From Candidatus Hermodarchaeota archaeon (GTDB lineage Archaea > Asgardarchaeota > Hermodarchaeia > Hermodarchaeales > Hermodarchaeaceae), in assembly GCA_016840065.1 (NCBI GenBank), contig JAEOTB010000037.1, positions 1 to 64,000 of the forward strand: a stretch of DNA of 64,000 bases, in the 5' to 3' direction. The position numbers were made by a program, and so were the translations under genes. Shown piece after piece: positions 28,899 to 39,340 of the stretch. Under the pieces are notes generated by a model. It saw only the letters and a list, made by a program, of their open reading frames with translations. It ran no database searches and was not told the DNA's origin. Numbering within the stretch: the stretch's first letter is position 1; the number at the start of each line of letters is the position of its first letter.

Positions 28899-29579
28899 TT
28901 GAAGATTTTAGTAACAGGACCTCATCTGTCAGGAAAAAGCACTCTAATTCAGCAGCTAGTCAAAGGCAATGTAATCAGCGTCGAAGTCGATGGCGCGACC
29001 GTAGGGCTTGATCATGGAATTGCAGAAGTTCTTGGGATACCAATAAGGCTTTTTGGAACTCCCGGATTAGCCCGATTTAAAACGCTCCGTCGTATTCTCT
29101 CGGAGGGTGCTGATGGTTTACTCTTTGTAGTAGATGCAAGCAATCCAGACGACGATGCAGAGGCACGTTATATCTGGACAGAAATTAGCGATATGATGCC
29201 TACAGTCCCCTGTATCATCACAGCGAATAAACTTGATTTGAGAAAGGCAAGAGCTCCAGACAGGCTTCGTGATGATTTGAGTTTCATGGTAGGGATTCCT
29301 GTCATCCCGACTAGTGCTTTAGAAGGTGTCAATGTCGAGAGGGTTTTGGCATCGATAGTGATGCTCGTGGTTTATGAGTGGAGCCCCCTACTACGTGCCT
29401 TTGAGGAGGCGGGCGGAAAGGGGTTCGCGGCATTAACAAAGCGCTTAGGGATAAAGGAGAAAAAACTACGAAGTTATTTACGCTGGTTTGAACTTAGAAA
29501 AATGGTTGCTATAGACTGGGAGAAAGGGATTGTGAAGCTACCGTCGGGTATAACCAAGCTTCTTGGGCAATCGGTCTAG
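28899..29579 (+). CDS. Small GTPase (MglA/ATP_bind_1-like) with C-terminal winged helix
   Basis: GPHLSGKS, TVGLD, GTPG..RF, NKLD and TSA motifs; HTH-like tail. Confidence 0.8.
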   Translation: MKILVTGPHLSGKSTLIQQLVKGNVISVEVDGATVGLDHGIAEVLGIPIRLFGTPGLARFKTLRRILSEGADGLLFVVDASNPDDDAEARYIWTEISDMMPTVPCIITANKLDLRKARAPDRLRDDLSFMVGIPVIPTSALEGVNVERVLASIVMLVVYEWSPLLRAFEEAGGKGFAALTKRLGIKEKKLRSYLRWFELRKMVAIDWEKGIVKLPSGITKLLGQSV

Positions 29580-30399
29580 TAAACTTATAAATCATCAGAG
29601 TATCAAACACAAAATTAGATTTTACATGACCACCACAAGCACAACATGGGATACTCTGCTCAGAGTCATAAACGAGCAGGGGATTGTTCATCTAACGCTC
29701 ATAGATCCTGATCCTCACAAACAAACACCCGAAGATGCTGCCAATATTGCTAAACTAGCCGAGCAAGCAGGATCGAATGGAATTATGGTTGGAGGCTCCA
29801 CTGCCTTTGGCATAATTGATGAGACACTTCAATCGATTAAACAACAGGTACAGATTCCTGTCATCCTATTTCCTGGAAATGTCTCAGGGCTCTCACGCTT
29901 CGCTGATGCAGTTTTCTTTATGAGCCTGCTAAATTCCCGAAACACATACTGGATTACCGATGTACAGACTTTAGGGGCCCGATACATCAAGGAATTCGAC
30001 CTTGAACCGATATCTATGGCCTACTTGATTGTAGACCCTGGCGGAACTGCAGGATTTGTTGGAGACGCTCGACTATTACCTCGACATAAACCCGAAATTG
30101 CCCTTGGCTACGCGCTTGCCGCTCAATACATGGGCTTCAGTTTTATATACCTTGAAGCGGGTTCTGGTGCTGATAATGCCGTTCCTCTTCCTATAGTGAA
30201 GACTGTTTCTAAGTATATTGATATCCCACTTGCTGTAGGGGGTGGAATTACTACAGCTGAAGAGGCTGCGGCAGTGGCTACAGCGGGAGCGGATATCATT
30301 GTTCAGGGAACTATTGTTGAGAAAACCCTTCGAAAAGATGGTGGTAAGTCCTTATCCAATACAATCAAAGCTATTCGTAAAGCAAAAGAAAAACAATAG
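29563..30399 (+). CDS. Geranylgeranylglyceryl phosphate synthase (probable start ATG 29626)
   Basis: LIDPD, MVGGS, ILFPG, FMSLLNS, YLEAGSG and VGGGI motifs. Confidence 0.93.
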   Translation: MGNRSSKLINHQSIKHKIRFYMTTTSTTWDTLLRVINEQGIVHLTLIDPDPHKQTPEDAANIAKLAEQAGSNGIMVGGSTAFGIIDETLQSIKQQVQIPVILFPGNVSGLSRFADAVFFMSLLNSRNTYWITDVQTLGARYIKEFDLEPISMAYLIVDPGGTAGFVGDARLLPRHKPEIALGYALAAQYMGFSFIYLEAGSGADNAVPLPIVKTVSKYIDIPLAVGGGITTAEEAAAVATAGADIIVQGTIVEKTLRKDGGKSLSNTIKAIRKAKEKQ

Positions 30400-30437
30400 C
30401 ATCGCAATAGATTAAGAAAGAGCGTTGGCTTATTTGA

Positions 30438-30728
30438 TTACCCACCACCTAGTGGGGGAAATATTGCTACAACATCACCGTTTTCAAGTGTAGTGTGTAC
30501 ACCATCTATTAACCTGATATGGCGTCCATTCACGAGAACATGAAAATAGTGTTTGAGTGACCCATCTTCTTCAAGGAGCATTTTCCGGAATTCGTCATCG
30601 AAACGTTCCACAAGAAATTCGATTAATTCTTCTATATTCAGAGCTTCTACTTGTATTTCCCTTTCCCCTGCAAGCATACGGAGAACTGTGAATAGACGCA
30701 CCGTTACAATCGGTTTTGTTCTAACCAA
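30438..30728 (-). CDS. Ubiquitin-like MoaD/ThiS/SAMP protein
   Basis: Beta-grasp pattern, LVNG, C-terminal FPPLGGG. Confidence 0.9.
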   Translation of the reverse strand: MVRTKPIVTVRLFTVLRMLAGEREIQVEALNIEELIEFLVERFDDEFRKMLLEEDGSLKHYFHVLVNGRHIRLIDGVHTTLENGDVVAIFPPLGGG

Positions 30729-30815
30729 TATAATTCACATCGAAGCATACCGTAATAATAGGAAAAACCTTTTCAATCGTTCGCAGACTCGCTAATAGTT
30801 GAAGGTGCATTCAAC

Positions 30816-31598
30816 ATGGAACTCTTCGATACTCACTCACATATTGAAATGCCAAGGCTTTATCCTACAGCTGCAGCAATTGTGAAGCGCGCAAGAGAAG
30901 CGGGAGTTATCAGTGTCGTAGTAAGTCCAATCGAGCCAAAATTCTTCTCGAAGGCACTTGATTTAACAGAACGGTTTCCAGGGTTCATATGGACCACACT
31001 CGGTCTTCATCCACCAAGGACAACCCCTAGAACAGTCAAACAATGTATACGCCTAATCCGCGAACATTCCGAGCGTATTCTAGCCATTGGAGAAGTTGGG
31101 CTGGATTATTATTGGGTTAAGGAAGAAAACAAACGCGAGTTCCAGCGACGCCACTTCGTTGAATTTATACGGTTATCCAAGGAACTGGAGCTCCCCTTAG
31201 TAGTCCATTCTCGCGAAGCTGAAGCCGATGCAATCCACATACTAAAACAAGAGCATGCGACAAGAGTGCAACTTCATTGTTTCAACAACCTAAGTCTTGT
31301 TGCTGAAGCGGCTTCCCAAAATTGGTTCATGAGCGTGCCTACTAGTGTGGTTTCTAGACGGAGAATGCAGCAAATAGCTGAAGCGATGCCACTAGCAAAT
31401 ATGCTACTAGAGACTGACGCGCCATGGCTCGCACCAGAATTTCGTCAACAAAACGAACCCGCCAATCTTCAATTTGCAGTAACAAAAATCGCAGAACTCC
31501 AAGGAACAACAGAAGAGTCTGTTGCCAAAATTACCACGGAAAACGCACTAGAGTTTTTCCGCCTGGAGGTTCACGAAGGCAAGGTTCAGCGTCGCTAA
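30816..31598 (+). CDS. tatD: TatD family nuclease
   Basis: DTHSH, GLHP, IGEVGLD, VHSR, HCF and ETDAP motifs. Confidence 0.93.
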   Translation: MELFDTHSHIEMPRLYPTAAAIVKRAREAGVISVVVSPIEPKFFSKALDLTERFPGFIWTTLGLHPPRTTPRTVKQCIRLIREHSERILAIGEVGLDYYWVKEENKREFQRRHFVEFIRLSKELELPLVVHSREAEADAIHILKQEHATRVQLHCFNNLSLVAEAASQNWFMSVPTSVVSRRRMQQIAEAMPLANMLLETDAPWLAPEFRQQNEPANLQFAVTKIAELQGTTEESVAKITTENALEFFRLEVHEGKVQRR

Positions 31599-33421
31599 CG
31601 TACAGTTAATGTTTTGCTTATATTTCGAGGGTAATCAGGATCAATTTTTTTGAAGACCGCCAAGTGATAAGCTAATAGTTGTAGAGGAACAGCTTGAAGA
31701 ATAGGACTTAGATATTGGCTAGAAGAGGGGACGGTAAGGTAATCAGTATCAGCGACATAACGACGAAGCAACGAATTTTCCTCTGCCGTAAGGATTATCC
31801 TTGCCCCACGGCACTCAACCTCGGAAAGATGATTGACGAGATGCTCTGCATCATTGGGTGCAACTGTAAAAATGATAGGATATCCTTGACTAACAATGCT
31901 AAGTGGGCCGTGCTTGAATTCACTGGAATACATACCATCAGCTACGATATAGCAGACTTCCTTGATTTTTAGGGCACCCTCTAGTGCCACACCATGAGTG
32001 AGACCATACCCTAATACATAGAAGTGCGGAAATCGGTCTAGATAAGGTGCGAGACTGCGAGCATTCACAGTTGTTGTGGCGATAGTCTGTTCCAGAAGAG
32101 TAGGTAGCTTGGTTTGGAGTTCATCAAGAAGCACATTACCCTTATCTTTTGCGAGTGTACCCTGCCGCATTCCAATCCTTGTAGCGAGGAATGCGAAGAG
32201 GGTAACTTGGCTTGTGTATGTCTTGGTGGCAGGGACACTAATCTCAAAGCCGCAGCCTAAGGGGAGATAGATATCACTAAGATGTGTTAGTGTTGATCCC
32301 AAGACATTGATTATGCTAAGGATTCGTGCTTTGCGCGCTTTACAATGATGTACCACGTCGACTATGTCTTTGGTTTCTCCACTCTGACTTACACATACAA
32401 CAACATCTCCCTCACCAACAGTATTTCCAAATTGGGAGATGAACTGACCTCCAACAACTGGAATCGCAGGTATGCCAGCTAAATCGTTGAAATAGTAACT
32501 TCCTACTGATGTGGCATGAAAGCTAGAACCACACCCTACAAAGAATACACGCTTGGCATCAATAAGTGCATTCTCGAAATTCGTGATATAAGGTTCACGA
32601 ACCGCGTTAAAAAGACTTCGAACACTACTCACCTGCTCATGAATTTCTTTAAGCATAAAATGAGGATAGCCGCCCTTCTGGGCTACTCGAATATCTGCAT
32701 CTGAAACATAGGGTTTCCGTTCCACAACAGAGTTGTCGCTAATCTTTCGGATTTCGATGCTTTCAGGGCTTAGGATCAATAATTCACCGTCGTGGACGTT
32801 AAGGATGTTGCGAGTGACTGGTAAAATACTAGGGAGATCACTACTTACACACGTTTCCCCCTCACCAATGCCCGCAAAAAGGCTTGAACCCATTTTTACC
32901 GCATAGACTTTGTCATCATCCTTGTGCATAATAGCGAAGGCGTAATCCCCTCGCAAGTCACTACAACCCTTTCGAATCGCCTCGACCATATCACCGATTT
33001 TATCATAATACCGTTCAACAGCATGCACACATATTTCGCCATCATTCATGCTCCGGATGTTATGTCCCTCATCAGTATACTGCTCACGCAGTGGTAGGTA
33101 ATTTACAATGTTACCGTTATGTGCACCTGCTAAATCTTTATCACAATCGAAGTGAGGTTGAGCATTGATTTTACTTGGTGCACCAAAGGTGGCCCAACGC
33201 AGTTGGGCGATTCCTTTGTGACCAGGCATCTCTGCAAGACGTAACTTCTCTGCAACCTCCTCGATTCTTCCCTTATCTTTTCTTAGTAGAATTCTACTTT
33301 TGTGGACTGTTGCAATACCAACTGTGTCATACCCCCGATATGTGAGCTTTTCAGCCCCTTCAACTAGAATCTGACCAATATCTTTACGTCGATTAGAGGT
33401 AATAGCAAAGATTCCGCACAA
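31595..33421 (-). CDS. glmS: Glutamine--fructose-6-phosphate aminotransferase
   Basis: N-terminal CGI, RGYD, SQSGET, KHGP and PRNISK motifs. Confidence 0.93.
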   Translation of the reverse strand: MCGIFAITSNRRKDIGQILVEGAEKLTYRGYDTVGIATVHKSRILLRKDKGRIEEVAEKLRLAEMPGHKGIAQLRWATFGAPSKINAQPHFDCDKDLAGAHNGNIVNYLPLREQYTDEGHNIRSMNDGEICVHAVERYYDKIGDMVEAIRKGCSDLRGDYAFAIMHKDDDKVYAVKMGSSLFAGIGEGETCVSSDLPSILPVTRNILNVHDGELLILSPESIEIRKISDNSVVERKPYVSDADIRVAQKGGYPHFMLKEIHEQVSSVRSLFNAVREPYITNFENALIDAKRVFFVGCGSSFHATSVGSYYFNDLAGIPAIPVVGGQFISQFGNTVGEGDVVVCVSQSGETKDIVDVVHHCKARKARILSIINVLGSTLTHLSDIYLPLGCGFEISVPATKTYTSQVTLFAFLATRIGMRQGTLAKDKGNVLLDELQTKLPTLLEQTIATTTVNARSLAPYLDRFPHFYVLGYGLTHGVALEGALKIKEVCYIVADGMYSSEFKHGPLSIVSQGYPIIFTVAPNDAEHLVNHLSEVECRGARIILTAEENSLLRRYVADTDYLTVPSSSQYLSPILQAVPLQLLAYHLAVFKKIDPDYPRNISKTLTVR

Positions 33422-33516
33422 GCCGTTTGACTCCTTATGTTGCTTTGACAGGCAAGGGAGGTTTAACAGTTTTTTCTATGTTTCACCAGAAAAGGATAGA
33501 GAAGAGTGCGCCTTCC

Positions 33517-34149
33517 TCATGTTTGTGCTATTCGCCGCAATGCAATTAGACCATCTCGAATCAACGCATATCGTTTAGCATGACCAGTTAGATAATCATG
33601 CAGCGTGGAGAAGTCAGAACTTGTGCGGAGTGTTGATATGGCGTCTAGGGCGTTTATTGGTGTTAGTGTTTGAAGACGTGCTGCTCGGCGAAGAAAGAGA
33701 GTCGCTCTATATGCGTCTTCTCGACCAAGCCTCTTCCTGATTCTTTCAGGCACAGAAGACCTTGCAACACGGAATTGTTCTGAAAGATTGTCCGGGTTCT
33801 CGATTAGGGACAAGCAAGCAGAGAATAATATTGTATTTGCCATTATGTCAAATTCCCACCAATGCGTAGGTTGTCCTTGCACAGCTAGGTGGAGGGAGTT
33901 TGTTATGCATAGCTGGCTAGTAGCTCTTTTGTCTAGGAGGTAAAATAGGTCGCTAGCTTCTAGTAGTAACCCAGCAGCTCGTGTGTATCGTTCTTCACGC
34001 CAATAGAACTCGGCGCTTACAAGAGTGGCGACCAACGCATCTGATAGCTTACTCACGTTTCGGAGACGCCGGCTGTCCTGTAGATATTTCCCTAGTTTCG
34101 AATAAGCCACTTCTGAAGTCGGTGAAGACAACAAACCTCTAAGTCGCAA
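33517..34149 (-). CDS. Helical hypothetical protein; natural start may be ATG 34198, separated by a 1-nt frame break
   Basis: Long ORF; SD-like GGAGTGAG before an out-of-frame ATG. Confidence 0.55.
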   Translation of the reverse strand: MRLRGLLSSPTSEVAYSKLGKYLQDSRRLRNVSKLSDALVATLVSAEFYWREERYTRAAGLLLEASDLFYLLDKRATSQLCITNSLHLAVQGQPTHWWEFDIMANTILFSACLSLIENPDNLSEQFRVARSSVPERIRKRLGREDAYRATLFLRRAARLQTLTPINALDAISTLRTSSDFSTLHDYLTGHAKRYALIRDGLIALRRIAQT

Positions 34150-34318
34150 CTCAGCTTCGGAGACATAGGACTGCTGCTGATTATTGATTTTTTGCCATAA
34201 CTCACTCCAGAATGCTTGCAGAGGAAAAACCCCGTTATCTTCTAACCGTATTATATATTGATTTTTTGCTCTTAAAAAGGGGAAATCCTCAAAGAATTAT
34301 CACAAAGGCAGGAGTTAA

Positions 34319-34330
34319 CCAAACCTTTTT
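34319..34330 (+). promoter_or_regulatory. Putative BRE/TATA-like promoter of the MoxR operon
   Basis: AAACCTTTTT 38-47 nt before the ATG; similar A-rich/CTT/T-or-A-rich boxes precede 4614, 6934, 7677, 14907 and 30816. Confidence 0.4.
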
Positions 34331-34367
34331 GTTGGCTCATTAACTAAAACCAGGTGGCGTTTGTATA

Positions 34368-37300
34368 ATGGTTTCAAAGAAAACCATCTTCTCGATTCTT
34401 TCCTTGACGGTTATTGCTATTTTGGTTCTCTCATTTATAATTCCGCCGCTATTACTGCCCCCAATTCCCAGGGATGAACCCTACGAGGATGTCCCACCAT
34501 TCGGAGCGGGTGTAGTAGTAAACACCACAGGCGATGACGCCCTACTCATTAACATCACTATTGATGATGTTCCCTTTGATTTACCGTGGGATATTAACCC
34601 CTTTGAAACCTTTGCATTGGTCTCCCCAAATGACCCACCCCGATACTGGAAAAGGACCGCCTACGACACATACTCCTACATCTCGGGCTCAGGCTCAAGC
34701 TGGGGAAAGGATAACTCCACAAGGGTTCCATTAGCAGAACGTGCAAGTGCAGGTGATACAGTCTACACTGTCTCGATGAACATAACACATGGTCTCGGTG
34801 GAGACTTGGAACTATATTCTCTTTGGCCTAACCCTTGGATTATTCCTGATTCTGTGACTTCCCCCTACTTACAACTCCCCTACACTCTTGAAACAGATCA
34901 GTATGGTAGCACGATACTTAATGGACGGTTCGATTCCAATGGTACTTCTGAGCTAACCTATCAAGTTACCTACGATTCCACGCTTAACTGGACTGAAATT
35001 AGACCACAGGCAGTGTCAGCCAGCAACACACCCTCTAGCTTTAGCCTTTACCAAACCCAAGGATTAGATCAGCTAAGTACGCCTACTTCAAATGATATTC
35101 AGAACAGGCTTGACGCTATTCTAGCTGGGGTTCCAGACAATGCCTTTGAAGAGGCATTCGCCATCCTAGAATACTTCAAGGAAACCTTCACCTTTGATCT
35201 TTCTGCGGAGAGACCTGGATCTTCTGAATGTGTCGAATGGTTTCTATCAGGAGGGACAGGAATCGGTCAGGATTTCGCAACAGCCTACACCATGTTTCTT
35301 CGGAAACAGGGCATAGCTGCACGCCCTGTTTTTGGAGCCGCTCTGGGAGTCCTAGATGGTAGTCAGCGGAGTTTACAGTTCATGCATTTACATTTCTGGG
35401 TGGAAGTTTACATCCCGATTAGTAGCTCAGAGGGTTATTGGCTACAGTTTGACCCTACTCCTCTGCCAGGTTTTATCACAGGAACCCCCCCGGCAAGAGA
35501 CCCTTATGTTGTTAGCACATATTACGATCTTGCCATTGATGTTCCTACTCCCATCGTGGACCGAGGCGTCCAGTTCCAAGTACAGGCCACACTCACAAAG
35601 GATGGCTTGCCAGCTCCAGGTGAGACTGTAGAGTTCTGGGATGATACAGAAAATTGGCTTCTAGGCACCAACACCACATCTGCAACAGGAGATGCTTCAG
35701 TTACATTCACTTACAATAACTCGGCGATTGTGGGGGTACACATTCTTCGCGCATATTCACACGGAAAGAACGACTATGGTGGAATCGGGCTTCATGGTGC
35801 CGCTAATCTCACTTTCTTTGCTTCACCCCTAGAGCTTAACCGCACTTCGCAAATCCTGTTTAATGGCACCCTTACGGATGCAGTGAATGGAAGGGGAGTC
35901 TCTCAATATGAGACAATGTTGACTGAAGTCGATATCTACATCAACGCTCAAATAGCTGCTAGCGAATTCACTGATCAAGATGGAATATACACCACTTTCT
36001 ATTCTATCCCCCAGGACCACCATCCGCTTGGAGTGGCAACTGCCTTTGCTTCATTTAGTGTGCCCGGCGTGATTGATCCAGTTGTGAGTCTTCCTCAGGT
36101 GCTGAACATCACAGCTCGGTCCAAACTCTCCATTCAAGCAGTACCCAATGCTGCGCGCGCAAATAGTAATGTGAGCATTTCTGGGCAATTACTTTTCGAA
36201 AATGATACAGCGATACCTGGAGTCACTGTTCAGATATTTTGGAACGGAACACCTCTAGGAGGAGTCATCACAGATGGTAGTGGGAACTTTCTCTATGAAC
36301 ATAATGCGACATCTCTTGGTCAGGTGACCGTTGAGGCACAATACCTTGGTGGGGCGAATGTTTTTGGCTCAAGAGGAACCGTTCCAGTTGTTATCCATGA
36401 CGATGGCACAATCGTAGTCTTCGTTGACGACGATGACGGGGACGACTTAACACAGCGCGGAAACTGGGTTCAGTTTACTGGTTGGGTTGAGAACTCGACT
36501 GGACAGCCTCAAGGAGGTGTCACTGTCAACCTCTTCTTCAACGGGAGCTTCATCGTCACGACCACAACGAATGCGAGTGGCGGTATTGATTACTGGTATC
36601 AAGTACCAACAAGTCAGCCAGTTGGATTATTAGAAGTAACTGGTGATGTGGTCAGTTCTACCTTGCAGGTTGTGAGCACACTAGACTATTTGAGTATCAA
36701 CTCGACAACCCAGCTGATTAGCCTCCAATTCAATGCGAGCCAAGCCCGTGTTGAGGAGGGTATCGTTTTCACAGGTCACCTTGTAGACGATCAACTCGGG
36801 CAAATTTCTGGTGCAAATATATCTGCTGAACTATCTTATGACACTACAGTCATCTCATTAGGCTGGACTCTCACTCAGGCTAATGGTGTTTTTCAATTCA
36901 TTTCTACACTGCCAGCAAGCATCCCTGCAACTGTTTCGTCTGTAAACTTCAGTGCAAGTTTTAATGGTGATGTCTTTTACGGAACCAGTAATGCGTCCCA
37001 AACGCTGGATGTTTTCGTGAATGTTACATTGATAATTGACGTAGATAATGGACCTCACCCAGGAAGAACCAGTATCAGTGTTAACGGAACCTTGAGGGAC
37101 AGTTTTGGACGATCCCTGTCAAACCGTGAAATTCTCTTAATATTCAGCGGAGAAGTAGTATTTTCAGGGAGTACAAACAATCAAGGAAGAGTAAGCTTTA
37201 CACTTCAACTACCATCAGGGTTACCTCAAGTTAGTAGCTATCCCGTTCAGCTTCAGCACAATACAGTCATACTAATTGAATCAAATCAAGAATTAATCTT

Positions 37301-37802
37301 AGTCGAGGCAGAAATAATAATGCAATTTCCAATCCCTATCGGATATATCATACTCTTAGCAATTTTAATCATCGGAGCTATTATAGCAGTTATTATCTAT
37401 CGTCGGCTTAGAGGTCGAGGTCCCCGAGGGTCTAGAGGAGGCCCCTCAGTTGACGCGGCATCAATGTTAACTGAACTCCGCCAACTCCTCAGCGACCAGA
37501 AGTACCGGGAGAGCATCCTCTACGCCTTCCGGATGTTTGAAACAATCGTTCAGGGTAAACTTGGAATTTTCCGAGATCCAAACATGACGCTGCGCGAATT
37601 TGCCAACCTGACGACTGCCCAAGGAGGGTTAGATACGACAAGCATGCAGGTCTTTATCAGAGGAGTGGAAGAAGCCAAGTTCAGCGATCACCAAATATCC
37701 TACCAAACATGTTTAACGACGCTCAATGCGTTTGCGAACAACTATAATGTACTTACTGGCGGTTCTCTCCGCTTTGTTACAAGTCAAGAGACGCCGCAAT
37801 AA
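34368..37802 (+). CDS. Large membrane-anchored transglutaminase-like protein with Ig-like repeats and a DUF4129-like C-terminus
   Basis: YWKRTAYD, DFATAY..LR..GI.AR, HFWVEVY and FDPT motifs; repeated GxL.D...G.P strands; TLREF tail. Confidence 0.85.
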   Translation: MVSKKTIFSILSLTVIAILVLSFIIPPLLLPPIPRDEPYEDVPPFGAGVVVNTTGDDALLINITIDDVPFDLPWDINPFETFALVSPNDPPRYWKRTAYDTYSYISGSGSSWGKDNSTRVPLAERASAGDTVYTVSMNITHGLGGDLELYSLWPNPWIIPDSVTSPYLQLPYTLETDQYGSTILNGRFDSNGTSELTYQVTYDSTLNWTEIRPQAVSASNTPSSFSLYQTQGLDQLSTPTSNDIQNRLDAILAGVPDNAFEEAFAILEYFKETFTFDLSAERPGSSECVEWFLSGGTGIGQDFATAYTMFLRKQGIAARPVFGAALGVLDGSQRSLQFMHLHFWVEVYIPISSSEGYWLQFDPTPLPGFITGTPPARDPYVVSTYYDLAIDVPTPIVDRGVQFQVQATLTKDGLPAPGETVEFWDDTENWLLGTNTTSATGDASVTFTYNNSAIVGVHILRAYSHGKNDYGGIGLHGAANLTFFASPLELNRTSQILFNGTLTDAVNGRGVSQYETMLTEVDIYINAQIAASEFTDQDGIYTTFYSIPQDHHPLGVATAFASFSVPGVIDPVVSLPQVLNITARSKLSIQAVPNAARANSNVSISGQLLFENDTAIPGVTVQIFWNGTPLGGVITDGSGNFLYEHNATSLGQVTVEAQYLGGANVFGSRGTVPVVIHDDGTIVVFVDDDDGDDLTQRGNWVQFTGWVENSTGQPQGGVTVNLFFNGSFIVTTTTNASGGIDYWYQVPTSQPVGLLEVTGDVVSSTLQVVSTLDYLSINSTTQLISLQFNASQARVEEGIVFTGHLVDDQLGQISGANISAELSYDTTVISLGWTLTQANGVFQFISTLPASIPATVSSVNFSASFNGDVFYGTSNASQTLDVFVNVTLIIDVDNGPHPGRTSISVNGTLRDSFGRSLSNREILLIFSGEVVFSGSTNNQGRVSFTLQLPSGLPQVSSYPVQLQHNTVILIESNQELILVEAEIIMQFPIPIGYIILLAILIIGAIIAVIIYRRLRGRGPRGSRGGPSVDAASMLTELRQLLSDQKYRESILYAFRMFETIVQGKLGIFRDPNMTLREFANLTTAQGGLDTTSMQVFIRGVEEAKFSDHQISYQTCLTTLNAFANNYNVLTGGSLRFVTSQETPQ

Positions 37803-37838
37803 GATGTAGAAAACAAGCTAGTTGGAGGCAACTTGTAG

Positions 37839-39242
37839 TTGTCAGAGAGTAGCGATGACAGTTCTGGTCCACCAGTAGCAGAAGTGAAAAAGAAAGGAAA
37901 AACCACGACAATCATCGTGTTTTGTTTCGTGTTCATCATTGCTTGGATGCCACTGGTGATCAGTATAACTGGTGTCGGTGATGTCGATACTATGAGCTAC
38001 TCCATGTACAGCGATGGCTACAATGGCTGCTCCCAACTTAGAAATACCCTCCAAGGAACAGGAGGATTTGAGGTTCATCCCTTAATCAGCTCACTTAGTG
38101 TTGTTAATGGGATTAACCGAAATAGTGTCCTCTGCGTTTTAGGCCCAACACTCGACTTCTCGATTATTGAGGCGTCCGCGCTCATCGACTTCTTTGTGAG
38201 TGGCTCATGTCTAATCATCGCTGATGACTTCGGTAGTGGAAACCGAATTCTTGATAACCTAGCACTTCTTATCCCTCCACAATATTTTCCCTCAGAACCG
38301 TTTGGGTTCACTTTAAGGTCTGCTGTTCGTTTTGAGCAGCGTCTTCTTCTTGACGCAGGATCAAATGATGATGGGAAACCTCTGCTACCTGCGATCACAA
38401 GCTTCAACGACGGTGGAGCCATTTTCCAAACAACACAAAGAGTGGTAATGAATTACGCCACAGGAATCCAAGGAATCGGAGGGAACTTCACAGTAATCGC
38501 CACTTCCTCTCCTAACTCTTGGGTCACCTCTGATTGGAACAATCCAGCATATGACCCTGAAAGAGGTGACACTGCAGGGCCCTTTACTCTGATAGGGGTT
38601 CTGAGTGTTGCTAATGGATTAATTGTACTTGTTAGTGATCCTAGTATCTTCATCAATGATATGATAGATCGTGCTGATAACAGAAGTTTCGCGTTGGAAT
38701 TATTCACCTACCTTGCCGAACAGACAAACACGAACACGATTATAATCGATCATAATCATTTGTCTTGGAGTCCTCTATCACCTGTACTTTATGTTGGTCT
38801 AGTGATGGGTCAGATAACCTATTTGTCAACGAATTGGCTGCTAGCACCTTTGGCACCGATAATGGCGATTTGGATGGTGAGAAAGTGGGTTACATTTGGG
38901 CGACCGAAGGAGGAGGAACCTAGCGAGGTGTACAGGCTCAGGGGACAGACAGCGTTCAGAGCTGAGTTAAATCGCTATCTTCAAAGCGAGCAATATGATG
39001 ATGCAATTCAGGTGATGTATACTCAACTAAAACGAGAACTTGTACGGCGGCACAGTCTTCGAGGATTCGATATATCAAGACTTCTAGCGGCGAGGTCAGG
39101 TTCTCTCCCTGAACGAGAATTATCACTCCTGAAAGACGATTTGGAAGCTTTGGAAAAAGCAACAGGAGCAAGGCGGCGCATTGACCGCAGCAAGTTCCTC
39201 GACCTATTTTGGAGAATAAAACGAATTAGAGAAAAATACTGA
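37839..39242 (+). CDS. DUF4350-like membrane protein of the MoxR operon
   Basis: IIADDFGSGN and SDPSIFINDM motifs; operon context. Confidence 0.75.
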   Translation: MSESSDDSSGPPVAEVKKKGKTTTIIVFCFVFIIAWMPLVISITGVGDVDTMSYSMYSDGYNGCSQLRNTLQGTGGFEVHPLISSLSVVNGINRNSVLCVLGPTLDFSIIEASALIDFFVSGSCLIIADDFGSGNRILDNLALLIPPQYFPSEPFGFTLRSAVRFEQRLLLDAGSNDDGKPLLPAITSFNDGGAIFQTTQRVVMNYATGIQGIGGNFTVIATSSPNSWVTSDWNNPAYDPERGDTAGPFTLIGVLSVANGLIVLVSDPSIFINDMIDRADNRSFALELFTYLAEQTNTNTIIIDHNHLSWSPLSPVLYVGLVMGQITYLSTNWLLAPLAPIMAIWMVRKWVTFGRPKEEEPSEVYRLRGQTAFRAELNRYLQSEQYDDAIQVMYTQLKRELVRRHSLRGFDISRLLAARSGSLPERELSLLKDDLEALEKATGARRRIDRSKFLDLFWRIKRIREKY

Positions 39243-39340
39243 GAACAACTGAAATATCACAATGAAAACTGATTATCATTGAAAAAAATAACGAGAAGTT
39301 TTTGTGTATTGAATAGAGAAGTAATGAAGGATGTAAGAAT

